DNA from: Sporobacter termitidis
GTDB lineage: Bacteria; Bacillota; Clostridia; Oscillospirales; Oscillospiraceae
NCBI GenBank assembly: GCA_029267955.1
Contig: JAJUHI010000001.1
Span: 1-63,463, forward strand
Length of the DNA stretch: 63,463 nt
Reading direction: 5' to 3'
The first letter of the stretch is position 1. Each line of letters opens with the position of its first letter. The position numbers and the translations under genes were made by a program. The notes beneath the pieces are model-generated. The model had not been told where the DNA came from. It ran no database searches and was given only the letters and a program-made list of their open reading frames with translations. This document shows, piece after piece, positions 1 to 9,538 of the stretch.

Positions 1-39
1 ATTTAGCTGTAATTAATAACCATTTCCCGCAGGCGCCGC

Positions 40-68
40 TTGCCATGTTCCGGGCCCGGTGATACAAT
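40..68 (+). promoter_or_regulatory. sigmaA-type promoter of flavin reductase-rubredoxin gene
   Basis: TTGCCA-N17-TACAAT upstream of AAAGGAG RBS and ATG 114. Confidence 0.6.
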
Positions 69-113
69 GGGTTATACAAAAAAGTAGACATAACACGCAA
101 AGGAGACGACCTC

Positions 114-719
114 ATGAACAATAAAGCCATGTACAAAATTCCTTACGGTCTGTATGTGCTCACCGCGCGCGAGGGCGACAAGGACAACGGCTGCATCATC
201 AATACGGTCGGGCAGGTGACGACGTCGCCCAACCGGATTACCTTTGCCGTTAACAAGCAGAACCTCACCCACGATATGGTGATGAAAACCGGCGTCTTCA
301 ATGTCTCAACCCTGTCGGAGGCCGCTCCGTTTGCCGTGTTCCAGAACTTCGGCTTCCAGAGCGGGCGCACCGCCGATAAATTTGCCGAGTTTAAGGATGT
401 CTACCGGAGCGAAAACGGCATCTATTACCTGACCAATTATGTCAACTCGTTTATCTCCGGCAAAATCGTCACCGCCACGGACCTGGGGACGCACACGCTG
501 TTTCTGGCCGACGTCACAGACGCCGAGGTGCTGGGGAACGAAGATTCCATGACCTATGCGTTTTATCAAAAGCATGTCAAGCCCTCCTCAGGGCCGCGGC
601 CTGCCGGAAAGGCGTGGCGCTGCCGCATCTGCGGGTATATCTACGAGGGAGAGACGCTCCCGCCCGACTTTATATGCCCCATCTGCAAGCACGGCGCGGC
701 CGATTTTGAAGAGATTTAA
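114..719 (+). CDS. Flavin reductase-like protein with C-terminal rubredoxin domain (high-molecular-weight rubredoxin-like)
   Basis: N-terminal 'KIPYGLYVLTA..NGCIINT..QVT' flavin reductase motifs; C-terminal WRCRICGYIY..CPICK rubredoxin CxxC/CxxC. Confidence 0.85.
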   Translation: MNNKAMYKIPYGLYVLTAREGDKDNGCIINTVGQVTTSPNRITFAVNKQNLTHDMVMKTGVFNVSTLSEAAPFAVFQNFGFQSGRTADKFAEFKDVYRSENGIYYLTNYVNSFISGKIVTATDLGTHTLFLADVTDAEVLGNEDSMTYAFYQKHVKPSSGPRPAGKAWRCRICGYIYEGETLPPDFICPICKHGAADFEEI

Positions 720-736
720 CTGCTTATGTACAAAAA

Positions 737-781
737 AACCGCCGGTTAAAGACGTTTCTGACCGTTCTTTAACCGGCGGTT
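737..781. terminator. Bidirectional intrinsic terminator
   Basis: AACCGCCGGTTAAAGA...TCTTTAACCGGCGGTT stem between convergent genes, with A/T tracts on both sides. Confidence 0.75.
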
Positions 782-794
782 ATAACTTTTTTAC

Positions 795-1280
795 TTACGC
801 TTCTGCCTGCGCGTCCGGTATGACGCAGACATCCACCCAGCCTCTGGCGCAGGAGACCTTAAACAGCTCCTCAATGGTCAGCTCCAGGGCGCTGTTGGCG
901 CTGCCCGCAGCGGGGTAAACCGTATCAAACCGGAGCATGGACTCGTCCAGATAGACGGGAATGCCGTCTTTGATCCCGAAGGGGCAGACGCCGCCCACCG
1001 GGTGGCCAACCTGACTTTCCACCTCGTCGGGAGACAAAAACCGGGCCTTGTGTGAAAAATGGTCCCGGAATTTCCTGTTGTCAATGCGGGCGTCGCCCGC
1101 GCAGACGATCAGCATGCAGCCCTTTTCTGTTTTCAGAGACAAGGTTTTTGATATCTGCGCCGGCTGCACGCCCAAAGCGCGGGAGGCCAGCTCCACCGTC
1201 GCGCTGGACACCTCAAACTCCCGTATTCTGTCCTCGACGCCGAACCGGCGCAGATGCGCTCTCGCTGTCTCCATCGACAT
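795..1280 (-). CDS. YbaK/EbsC family aminoacyl-tRNA deacylase
   Basis: SATVELA, ISKTL, GHPVGGVCPFG, YPAAGS motifs; start reassigned to MSMETAR (1280). Confidence 0.9.
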   Translation of the reverse strand: MSMETARAHLRRFGVEDRIREFEVSSATVELASRALGVQPAQISKTLSLKTEKGCMLIVCAGDARIDNRKFRDHFSHKARFLSPDEVESQVGHPVGGVCPFGIKDGIPVYLDESMLRFDTVYPAAGSANSALELTIEELFKVSCARGWVDVCVIPDAQAEA

Positions 1281-1322
1281 GGTCAGACCCGCCTTACCTG
1301 GTATTTCCTTCAGACGCAGGAC

Positions 1323-1351
1323 ATTGTAGCATACGGGATTTTCGGCGTCAA
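1323..1351 (-). promoter_or_regulatory. sigmaA-type promoter of ybaK-like gene
   Basis: TTGACG-N17-TACAAT on minus strand. Confidence 0.65.
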
Positions 1352-1468
1352 ACAATTCCGTTTAGCACTCTGTACAAACTTTTGCACATTTTTGTAGGAC
1401 ACCATGTAGAAAACGGTGCGTTTTTTACGACCGCCGGGCGCTTTGCGCCGCTGGGAGCCCAGAAAGAC

Positions 1469-1497
1469 TTGTAGTTTCTGCGATTGTGTAATATAAT
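1469..1497 (+). promoter_or_regulatory. sigmaA-type promoter of asp23-fakA operon
   Basis: TTGTAG-N17-TATAAT. Confidence 0.55.
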
Positions 1498-1567
1498 ATG
1501 TAAGCTGTACGCATCGGTACGCGCTGTATGCGCCGGCGTGCGCTATTCTGAAAATGGAGTTGGAGCT

Positions 1568-1921
1568 ATGGTAACGGTTCAAACGGAACGTGGATTTATC
1601 CGTATCGCCAGCGACGTATTTACAAATCTCGTTGGGATGGCCGCCACAAGCTGCTTCGGCGTCAAGGGCATGACCGTACGTTCCATGACCGACGGTCTCG
1701 TGCATCTGCTCAAACGGGAATCCATGGGCAAAGGCGTCCATATCACATATAACGATAACGGTTCCATTTCGATAGAGCTTCATATTGCTGTTGATCAGGG
1801 TGTCAATATCCCCGTCCTGTGCGGCAACATTATAGAGGAAGTCCGTTATAAGGTGGCCCTGGCTACCGGCGTAGAGATTATGAGCGTCGACGTCTTTGTC
1901 GATTCGATGATAATTGGCTGA
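1568..1921 (+). CDS. Asp23/Gls24 family protein (YloU-like)
   Basis: G.I.IASDV, CFGVKGM, GVNI, EVRYKV motifs; GGAG RBS before ATG 1568; directly upstream of a DAK2 gene. Confidence 0.9.
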   Translation: MVTVQTERGFIRIASDVFTNLVGMAATSCFGVKGMTVRSMTDGLVHLLKRESMGKGVHITYNDNGSISIELHIAVDQGVNIPVLCGNIIEEVRYKVALATGVEIMSVDVFVDSMIIG

Positions 1922-1937
1922 GCGAGGGGGAAGCTGT

Positions 1938-3635
1938 TTGACACATCAGATTACCGGCGCCTTATTCAGGGATATGATACTCAACGGCGCGGCAGCGATC
2001 GATAACCATAAAGGTGAGATCAACGAATTAAATGTTTTTCCCGTACCGGACGGCGATACGGGTACAAATATGAGCCTCACAATGAGCGCCGGTGCAGCGG
2101 CGCTTCGTGATTTGACACCGGAAACAATTGGCAAGGCGGCTGAAATTACGGCCGGCGCGCTGCTGCGCGGCGCCCGGGGCAATTCGGGCGTTATCTTGTC
2201 GCTGTTGTTCCGGGGCATCGCCCGCCATCTGAAGGATCTGGAAACGGCCGACGCCTCCGAATTCGCCCACGCCATCTCCTACGGCGTCGATTCGGCTTAC
2301 AAAGCCGTTATGAAGCCCTCGGAAGGGACAATCCTGACCGTATCGCGCCAGGCCGCCAGCGCGGCGGTGACAAAGGCGGAATACGTGGGCGATATCGAGG
2401 CCGTCCTTGACCACGCGCTGAAAATCGGCCATGAGGCGCTTGCCAACACCATCAACCAGAACCCCGTTTTAAAAAGAGCCGGCGTCGTTGACGCGGGCGG
2501 AAAAGGATACCTGTATATCCTTGACGGCATGCTCAAGGCGCTCCGCGGCGAAATGCTGACAGCCGGCCCCGACAGTACGGCCGCCGGCGCTGAGAAAGCC
2601 GATTTCGCAAGCTTCGATACCGATGAAATCACCTTTACTTACTGCACGGAGTTCATCGTCAGCCGCCAGACGCGGAAGGAGCCGTCCCTCCTACGCAGCT
2701 TCCTCGACAAACGCGGCGACAGTATTGTCATGGTGGATGACGACGAGATCATCAAGGTGCACGTCCACTCCAACGAGCCGGGCGTCATCCTCACGGAGGC
2801 GCTCACCTACGGCCCGCTGATCACCATAAAGATTGAAAATATGCGCGAGCAGCACACGGGCAAGATTATCGAGAACACCGGCGGCGAGAAGCCGGCGGCC
2901 TCCCCCGCCGCGCTGGCGCCTGCATCCGAATCTGCCCCGGCGCCGGCTGAAGCTGTTCCCCCCGCGCCGGGAGAAGAAAAGGAATTCGGCGTTGTCGCCG
3001 TCTGCGCCGGCGACGGTATGGGCTCCGTCTTCCGCGATTTGGGCGTTGACAACATCATTGTGGGCGGACAGACCATGAACCCGTCCACAGAGGATATCCT
3101 CAAACAGATTGAAGCGGCGCCCTCCAAGACCGTATTTGTGCTGCCCAACAACAAGAACATCGTCATGGCGGCCCAGCAGTGCATCCCGCTGACCGATAAA
3201 AAGGTAATTGTCATTCCGTCCAAGACGATGCCCCAGGGCATCTCCGCCATGATTGCCATGGATACCGGCGCTTCCATCGAGGAAAACACCGCCAGCATGA
3301 TGGAAGCGATCGGCCGCGTCCATACGGTGCAGATTACCTATGCCGCCCGGGATTCGGTCTTCGACGGACACGAAATCCACGCCGGCGACTATCTGGCCCT
3401 GCTGGAGGACGCGCTGATTGCAACCGGCAGAGACACCATCGAGCTGGTCGACAGCGTGGCAAAGTCCCTGGCCGGCTTCACGCCTGAGTTTGTCACCATC
3501 TTCTCCGGCGCGGACGTTGACGAGGAAACCACCGCAGAGGTCCACAAACGTCTGGCCAAGGCCATCCCGGACGCTGAAATCTCCGTCGTCAACGGCGGCC
3601 AACCGGTTTACTATTATTTAATAGCGGCTGAGTAA
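1938..3635 (+). CDS. fakA: DAK2 domain protein / fatty acid kinase catalytic subunit (YloV/FakA)
   Basis: INELNVFPVPDGDTGTNM, GARGNSGVILS, VVDAGG, YCTEF, GGQTMNPSTEDI, GGQPVYYY; probable TTG start at 1938 after GAGGGGG. Confidence 0.92.
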   Translation: MTHQITGALFRDMILNGAAAIDNHKGEINELNVFPVPDGDTGTNMSLTMSAGAAALRDLTPETIGKAAEITAGALLRGARGNSGVILSLLFRGIARHLKDLETADASEFAHAISYGVDSAYKAVMKPSEGTILTVSRQAASAAVTKAEYVGDIEAVLDHALKIGHEALANTINQNPVLKRAGVVDAGGKGYLYILDGMLKALRGEMLTAGPDSTAAGAEKADFASFDTDEITFTYCTEFIVSRQTRKEPSLLRSFLDKRGDSIVMVDDDEIIKVHVHSNEPGVILTEALTYGPLITIKIENMREQHTGKIIENTGGEKPAASPAALAPASESAPAPAEAVPPAPGEEKEFGVVAVCAGDGMGSVFRDLGVDNIIVGGQTMNPSTEDILKQIEAAPSKTVFVLPNNKNIVMAAQQCIPLTDKKVIVIPSKTMPQGISAMIAMDTGASIEENTASMMEAIGRVHTVQITYAARDSVFDGHEIHAGDYLALLEDALIATGRDTIELVDSVAKSLAGFTPEFVTIFSGADVDEETTAEVHKRLAKAIPDAEISVVNGGQPVYYYLIAAE

Positions 3636-3672
3636 CCGATTGCTGCCGTCAAAACAAGCAGAAAAAGAAAAC

Positions 3673-3742
3673 AGATTCTTCGGGGCAACAGCCCCTCAGA
3701 ATGACGGCCATCCGTCATTCTGAGCCGTAAGGCGAAGAATCT
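3673..3742. repeat. REP-like branched palindromic element
   Basis: AGATTCTTCG-(hairpin)-CTCAGAATGAC ... GTCATTCTGAG-(hairpin)-CGAAGAATCT between convergent genes. Confidence 0.65.
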
Positions 3743-3772
3743 TTTCGTTTTTCAGTTAAAGCGCCGCGATGC

Positions 3773-4180
3773 TTACCCCTTGGTCACTTCAAAGCCTTTG
3801 GCCATGGCGATAATCTCCTCGGCGGACGGGTAATTGAGGTTTTCATCGACCCGCGCGTCGGCAACAACCAACGCCACATACAGCGGCATGTCCTTTTTCC
3901 GGATGAGCCGCTTGTAACCTTTCATTTCCAGCAGCTTGTTGATGGCGTAACCGGAAAGCTCCGGCGTTTTGCAAAACTTTGCATACAGCTCCTTGCAGGT
4001 CAAAAAGGATATGAGCGCCGTTGTTTCGCTCTCCTTCGGGAACACCTCAAGCATCAGCTTGACAAGCTTTTCCCGCTGCGGTTTTCCGTATGGAAACGCC
4101 CAGCTCTCGTATTCCTCCTGCTCCTTCTCCTGCTGCGCCTTGCTTTTCCAAACGAACAAGTTAAAATCGCCGAGCGCCAT
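3773..4180 (-). CDS. Hypothetical protein
   Basis: 135-aa ORF with GAAAGGGG RBS and upstream TTGAAA-N17-TATTAT (4229-4257); no motif recognised. Confidence 0.7.
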   Translation of the reverse strand: MALGDFNLFVWKSKAQQEKEQEEYESWAFPYGKPQREKLVKLMLEVFPKESETTALISFLTCKELYAKFCKTPELSGYAINKLLEMKGYKRLIRKKDMPLYVALVVADARVDENLNYPSAEEIIAMAKGFEVTKG

Positions 4181-4396
4181 GAGTCATGCCCCTTTCACTA
4201 CATATACAAATGGATATACATCCATGGAATAATATCATACCCGACCGCTATTTTCAACCGACTGGGTGTCTTCATCTGTCCGTTTTTACATAAAACCGGC
4301 CGCAGGAGAAAAATTTGTATTGTTATTCGCCGGAATATCGTGTAAAATAACACTGAAATAAGTGTATTTACTTTAATTTATCCGGGAGGCTGTGTC

Positions 4397-4582
4397 ATGA
4401 AACTTGGCAGACTGTTCATCGTCGCCATCGCAGCGATTCTGGCAGTTGCGGCGGCTGCTACAGCTATCGTTTATTTCAGAGATGAGATTTTGGAGCTTAT
4501 TTCTGACTTAAAGAAAAAGCTGGATCTTAAAAAGTCGATGATATTCCATAACAACGAGTATACCGACTACGCAGATATTTAG
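4397..4582 (+). CDS. Small single-pass membrane protein
   Basis: GGGAGG RBS; TTGTTA-N17-TAAAAT promoter (4320-4348); N-terminal hydrophobic helix; hairpin at 4604-4627 downstream. Confidence 0.7.
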   Translation: MKLGRLFIVAIAAILAVAAAATAIVYFRDEILELISDLKKKLDLKKSMIFHNNEYTDYADI

Positions 4583-4729
4583 TGTTCTGATATAGATTGG
4601 CAACCGGGGGGCGTTTTCGCCCCCCGGATATTTATATGAGGCCCGGCAGCAGGGAACGGCCGGCGGCGCGTTTGGCAAGGCGCCGGAAAGGCGCCCGTTG
4701 CCCGCACAATGGCATAAAAAAAAATGAAC

Positions 4730-4758
4730 AAAAGATTCTTCCCTGAGAAGAATCTTTT
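4730..4758. terminator. Intrinsic terminator ending the flagellar operon (after csrA)
   Basis: AAAAGATTCTTC-cctga-GAAGAATCTTTT. Confidence 0.6.
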
Positions 4759-4804
4759 AAACATACATAACCCAAAACAGGCAGTATTGCCTTATATCTG
4801 TCTT

Positions 4805-5071
4805 TCAGCCGTCCTCTAGCGCCCCCGGCGTATCGCCCGGCGCCGCTTCGGCAGCCCGCTCCAGCTGCTTGCCAATGGGCTGGTACGCGGAATGGGCGGC
4901 CATCATGTTTTCCTGGCCGATTTCCTTGAGCAGCTCCTCCCGGATGACCCGGATATTTTTCGGAGCCTCTATGCCAAGCCTGACTTTATCGCCTTCAATG
5001 CTGATCACCGAAAGGACAATATCATTGCCGATGAGTACTCCTTCGTTTTGTTTTCTTGTCAGCACTAGCAT
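4805..5071 (-). CDS. csrA: Carbon storage regulator CsrA
   Basis: MLVLTRK..E...IGNDI...VRLGIEAPK.I.V.REEL signature; follows fliW. Confidence 0.97.
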   Translation of the reverse strand: MLVLTRKQNEGVLIGNDIVLSVISIEGDKVRLGIEAPKNIRVIREELLKEIGQENMMAAHSAYQPIGKQLERAAEAAPGDTPGALEDG

Positions 5072-5526
5072 AATTTAATACCATCCTTGCCGGACTTTTC
5101 AAGCAGCTCCGAAACGGGGACGCGCACACGGTATTTCCTGTCGTCTAAAATAATCTGGCAGCCCTTGCTGTTGCGCACATTGATGATGATGGGAGCCGAG
5201 AGGTTGATGGTCATGGCGTTGACATTTTTCGGTATGACGAGAATGCTCAGCACATAGACATCCTTGATGTCCTCGATGGCCAGCGCTTCCACATCGTGTT
5301 GCGAAATGTCGATGGAGTAATCTGGACAGACGATAAACGGGTCCATCACCGGCAGCGAGATTTCCCGGTGATCAAGGGACTGCAGCCAGCTGATCGGCCG
5401 GCTTTCCTCGTTGGACAGCAGCGCGTAGCGATTGTCATTCTCCAGCCCGGGCAGCCCCTTGTCGAAGAAAAGAATCTTCTTATCGTCAATCTCAACGTCT
5501 CCGAAATGTGCGGTTGGGATTATCAT
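5065..5526 (-). CDS. fliW: Flagellar assembly factor FliW
   Basis: FG.VEID, GLPGLE, WLQS, DPF..PDY, MTINLSAPIIIN..G.QIIL. Confidence 0.95.
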   Translation of the reverse strand: MIIPTAHFGDVEIDDKKILFFDKGLPGLENDNRYALLSNEESRPISWLQSLDHREISLPVMDPFIVCPDYSIDISQHDVEALAIEDIKDVYVLSILVIPKNVNAMTINLSAPIIINVRNSKGCQIILDDRKYRVRVPVSELLEKSGKDGIKLC

Positions 5527-5585
5527 GATCGTTCACCATACCTCTGTATACTCAACAGCAAAGACTTCTGCCTGCAGAGGCCTTG

Positions 5586-6197
5586 CTAGACTTCCTCATC
5601 AATGCTCCTGCCCTTTTCCGGCGGAAACGATTGCTCCACAACGATGAATTTTATATGGCCCGGCTGGGCAAGCGTAATTTCCACCGACGGCTTTGGATCG
5701 ACTGTGATAACTGGCTGCTGATACTCCTCCCAGCTGATGGAGATATCCTGGATGGACCAGTCGATGCTCAAGGCGCCCTTATGGCCTTTGATATCGACCG
5801 TCGGGTCAACCGCCCGGCCGCTCCCCTGAAGATTCGGCGCCATCCGGGTAATCTTGGCAAGGGCGATGGCCGCTACCGGGTTCCCGCTGTGCGGTATTGC
5901 CGCCATGGCATCGCCGGCGTTTTCAATATCTTTAATCCCCTGCGTGCTTTGGGCCCGCGCCTTGGCCGCCTGGTCGCGGACGAGCGTCGCCGAGGACTTC
6001 AGGCCGATATTATTGCGCAGGGATTCCATATCAACCTCGATTTTCGGATTTTCGCGGCTGACGGTCATCTGGGGGTGCTGGCCGTGAATCGTTTTTATCC
6101 GGCGAATCGGCGCATGAACGGATAAGCGCGCCATTGTCGTATCCACATTGATTCTGGGCAGCGTCATCTCTTCAACTTGAAGTCTTCGTATTTTCAT
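5586..6197 (-). CDS. DUF6470/YviE-like flagellar operon protein
   Basis: Sits between flgL and fliW; 'IGLKS...G..I...GD.MA.I..GN.VA.IA' pattern. Confidence 0.7.
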   Translation of the reverse strand: MKIRRLQVEEMTLPRINVDTTMARLSVHAPIRRIKTIHGQHPQMTVSRENPKIEVDMESLRNNIGLKSSATLVRDQAAKARAQSTQGIKDIENAGDAMAAIPHSGNPVAAIALAKITRMAPNLQGSGRAVDPTVDIKGHKGALSIDWSIQDISISWEEYQQPVITVDPKPSVEITLAQPGHIKFIVVEQSFPPEKGRSIDEEV

Positions 6198-6258
6198 ACA
6201 AATACCTCCGAAACCGCATGCTGCTCACTGGACAAGCGTCATGGGATCTCTCACGCTG

Positions 6259-7719
6259 TTATCTTAAAAAGTCGATAAGCGATGTCCTCAGAATTTCCGC
6301 GCCGCCCGCCAGCGCGGCATTGTACACCGTCTTGGCGGTGGTCAGGTTCATAATGGCTTCGGCCATGTCGACGTCTTCCGCCTCCGAGCGCATCGCCGTA
6401 TAGTTGAGCTCGCTGGAGTTATATCTCTCGGAAATCATGTCCATCCTGTTCTGCGTCGCGCCGATCTTCGTTTGAAGGGTGATAACCGAGCTCTGGGAGT
6501 TTTGAATGGATGTCACCATTTTCCCCAGCTCATCCTTATACGCTGCGGGCAGATTTTCCCCGTCCTTTTGCGCGGCCGCGCTTTTTTCAAGCAGCGCGGC
6601 AGCTTTGCCGAGCATATGGTAGATGTTATTTTCCCCTGTCCCCAGCAGTTCCAGTCCCGTCAGCGTGATATCAACCTGCTGGGAGGTGCCGATCTGGAGC
6701 GTCGTCTTTTTGCCGGCTTCAGCGACAAGCAGCGCCTCATCGGCGGGGTCTATCGTCACTTGCGGTTGGAGGCCGGCTATGGCATCCGTCATCGGCGTAT
6801 CCAGCAGCCCGCCGGCGCCGACGGCGGCGTCCAGAATGTCCAGGGCCCTGGCGGCGCTGAACCTGTTTTCCAGCTCATCCGGCGTCAGGCCGGTATCGTC
6901 GCCGACCAGGTCCTGGGAGACCTCCTGGTAAAGCTCGTCGGCAACGGCGGAAATGTTATCGTAAAACGTCTTAAACGCCTGGTATTCCGTACTTGTACCG
7001 GGGTCAACGCCGAATTCTCTCGCGGCCGTCATGGCGTTTTCGGCGCTGGATATCAGCCCGCGGAGCGCCTCTAAGGCCTGGGTCGCTTTTTGCTTTGCGA
7101 AGTCTTCGTCGGAGGCCGCCGTAAAGTCATCGGACAGATCGATGACCTTGTCCTTAAAGGCCGCCATGCTCTCCGTCATGCTCTTAAACTCACCCGCCCA
7201 GGAGAACCTGGAGAGATTAATGCCGTTGTAGGAAAGGTCGCCTGTTACATTATCGACCGTGAAGGGCGGATTTTTAACGTCGCCGCTTTGGCTGCCCGTA
7301 TAGTTGAAACCGCCGAAAATATAGCTGGAGCCGATACTGGTATTGGAAATGGACAAAACCTCTTTTTGGAGGTTTTTAATATCCTCGGCCAATATGAGAA
7401 GCTCCGAGCTCGTCTTCTCGCCGCTGTTGGCCGACACGATCGTCTCGTATGCCGACTTGAGCACCTCGTTGAGGCTGCTGACGGCGGATTCCGCTTCCGT
7501 CAGGTAGCTTGAGGCGGTTTTGATATTGCTGTTGTACAGGTCGAGATTTGACAGCTTATTGCGCGCCCTGAGCGCCAAAAGCGTCGCTTCCGGATCGTCG
7601 GATATGCTGCTGATGCGTTTGGTGGAGTCCACCTGCGACTGGTATTTGGCAAGCCTGTTTAACGCCGCGTTGGATTCCGTCAGGAATTTATTGACCATCA
7701 TATTGTTGGTTATTCTCAC
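6259..7719 (-). CDS. flgL: Flagellar hook-associated protein 3 FlgL
   Basis: MRITNNMM, SDDP, YIFGG, IGATQNR, EDVDMAEAI..Y.AAL..SLIDFLR. Confidence 0.95.
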   Translation of the reverse strand: MRITNNMMVNKFLTESNAALNRLAKYQSQVDSTKRISSISDDPEATLLALRARNKLSNLDLYNSNIKTASSYLTEAESAVSSLNEVLKSAYETIVSANSGEKTSSELLILAEDIKNLQKEVLSISNTSIGSSYIFGGFNYTGSQSGDVKNPPFTVDNVTGDLSYNGINLSRFSWAGEFKSMTESMAAFKDKVIDLSDDFTAASDEDFAKQKATQALEALRGLISSAENAMTAAREFGVDPGTSTEYQAFKTFYDNISAVADELYQEVSQDLVGDDTGLTPDELENRFSAARALDILDAAVGAGGLLDTPMTDAIAGLQPQVTIDPADEALLVAEAGKKTTLQIGTSQQVDITLTGLELLGTGENNIYHMLGKAAALLEKSAAAQKDGENLPAAYKDELGKMVTSIQNSQSSVITLQTKIGATQNRMDMISERYNSSELNYTAMRSEAEDVDMAEAIMNLTTAKTVYNAALAGGAEILRTSLIDFLR

Positions 7720-7743
7720 ACTGTATCCCTCCCTTTCGGCCTA

Positions 7744-9456
7744 TTATCTGCCGGTAATGCCCATATTGTTGATCATGGTATTGAGCATCTCGTCAAGCGT
7801 TGTGATAACCCTGGCGCAGGCTTGATACGACTGCTGGAAAATGATCAGATTCGTGGTTTCTTCATCCAGCGAAACGGACGACAGCGACTGGCGCTGGGTG
7901 TCCGTGCTCAGAAGGAGAGATTCCTTCGTGCTCAAGATGCTGTCGGTGGTGTTGGCGTCGATGGACAGATTGCCCACAATGCTGTTGAGTTTGTCGTAAT
8001 AGCTGTTTTCCACCAGGTCCTGGAACAGGCGCAGGGCGATGACATTATTGCCCGATTCGGTGGCGCCCGCCGTCAGGTCAACCGGAGTGGACGAGCCGGC
8101 AATGTTCCACACGCTTTCGAGCACCTCCGCGCTGAGGGAGAAGTTGCCCGCGTTGAGCAGCGTATAGTCCGGCCCGCCGCCGGAATCCGGGACATGAAAC
8201 AGGTTGATGCCCGTCTGGCTTGCGACAGGCGTGCCGTCCTGCAACGTATACGGATATGTATAGCCGCTTGCGGCAATTTCGTTGAGGTTTTTGGCGATCT
8301 CTCTGACGAAACTGTTGATCTGTTCCATATAGAACGGGATGCCGGCGTTCACCGCGTCCTGGTTTGAAACCATCTCCATGTAGGAGCAGAGCTTCCCGCT
8401 GGTCACCACAGTGCCGAGCTCCAAAGCGCCGGGCGGCGTTGAGTTCACCGTCAGGTTGTTGCGGTTATACGCCACCCAGAGCGTCAGGTCGCTGGACACA
8501 ACGTTGTCAATATTCGGTACCGCCGCGCCGGCGGTAACAAGCGCTATACCGTTAAAGGACACATCATAAACGCCGCCTGTTTCTGTACAAGTAAAGCCCA
8601 GCTCCGTCAGCCGGGTGCTGGCGGCAGCCTGGGCGGCGGCGTCGCCGTTAACGATATCGTCGATGAGGTCCTTGGCGCTGTCCACAACAATCTCGTTGAC
8701 GGCCTTGCCTTCCACCAGCGTCAGGCCGCCGATCTTGATATCGATCATGCTGCTGTTGTCCGGATTAAAGTCGTATGTAATATTCACATAGCCGGACAGC
8801 TCGTCGATGAGCAGATTGCGCTCATCGTTCAAGTCGTTAGCCGTACCGCCCGTCTGCTCGAACTTGGCGATGGCGTCGTTGAGATTTGCAATTTTCTGGG
8901 CGATGGAATTAATCTTCTGCGCGGCGATGGCGACGCTGTCGTTCTGGTTATGCCAGAGGCTCTGCACTTCCTCGTAAATGTTGTTGAAGGTCTGGGTCAT
9001 GCCCAGCGCCTGCTGCTGCACGTTGGTCCGATACTCCTGGCTGGAGGTGTTGGACGCAAAGGTGTTCAGCGCCGAGAAAAACTTGTCAATGGCGGTTGTG
9101 ATGGTGCCCTTCTCGCCGAGCTCGTTCATCACGCCCGTCAAGTATTCCAGGGCGGTCGAGCGCGCGGAGCTCTGGTTGTAGTTGCTGTTGAGAGTACGAT
9201 ACTGCTTATCAAGATATTCACTGCGGATCTGCTGAATACCAAGCGCCTCGACACCTTGTCCGACAAGCGTTTTGCTCAGCTGCGCCACCAGGTATCTGCC
9301 GTTGGCGGGGTCCTTGGCCGAGGTTAATAGCCGCTGGCGCGTATACCCTTCGGTGTTGACGTTTGCAATATTCTGCTCGGTAACGTTCAGCTGCTGCATG
9401 GCAACCGAAAGGCCCGATTTGGCAATTTCAAATGAACCGAATGTTGAAGTAGGCAT
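7744..9456 (-). CDS. flgK: Flagellar hook-associated protein 1 FlgK
   Basis: STFGSFEIAKSGL, NIANVNTEGYTRQR, NDLNDERN.LIDELS, SVSLDEE..LI.FQQSY.A.ARVI; start at MPTST (9456). Confidence 0.95.
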   Translation of the reverse strand: MPTSTFGSFEIAKSGLSVAMQQLNVTEQNIANVNTEGYTRQRLLTSAKDPANGRYLVAQLSKTLVGQGVEALGIQQIRSEYLDKQYRTLNSNYNQSSARSTALEYLTGVMNELGEKGTITTAIDKFFSALNTFASNTSSQEYRTNVQQQALGMTQTFNNIYEEVQSLWHNQNDSVAIAAQKINSIAQKIANLNDAIAKFEQTGGTANDLNDERNLLIDELSGYVNITYDFNPDNSSMIDIKIGGLTLVEGKAVNEIVVDSAKDLIDDIVNGDAAAQAAASTRLTELGFTCTETGGVYDVSFNGIALVTAGAAVPNIDNVVSSDLTLWVAYNRNNLTVNSTPPGALELGTVVTSGKLCSYMEMVSNQDAVNAGIPFYMEQINSFVREIAKNLNEIAASGYTYPYTLQDGTPVASQTGINLFHVPDSGGGPDYTLLNAGNFSLSAEVLESVWNIAGSSTPVDLTAGATESGNNVIALRLFQDLVENSYYDKLNSIVGNLSIDANTTDSILSTKESLLLSTDTQRQSLSSVSLDEETTNLIIFQQSYQACARVITTLDEMLNTMINNMGITGR

Positions 9457-9538
9457 ATTTGGCATCCTATCCGCCGTTACCGGCAAAATATTTTCTGTCC
9501 TGTCCCGCCGTATTTTAGATGCGCCGGGACATCATTTT

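Noticed and set aside
1281-1567. Expected rpmB (L28) upstream of asp23-fakA
   Set aside because: No L28-like ORF is visible; the region holds only divergent promoters.
4650-4703. GC-rich stem with GAAA loop after GGCAA, resembling a c-di-GMP-I riboswitch
   Set aside because: Lacks the GACGCAAA junction and second stem, and lies between convergent gene ends rather than in a leader.
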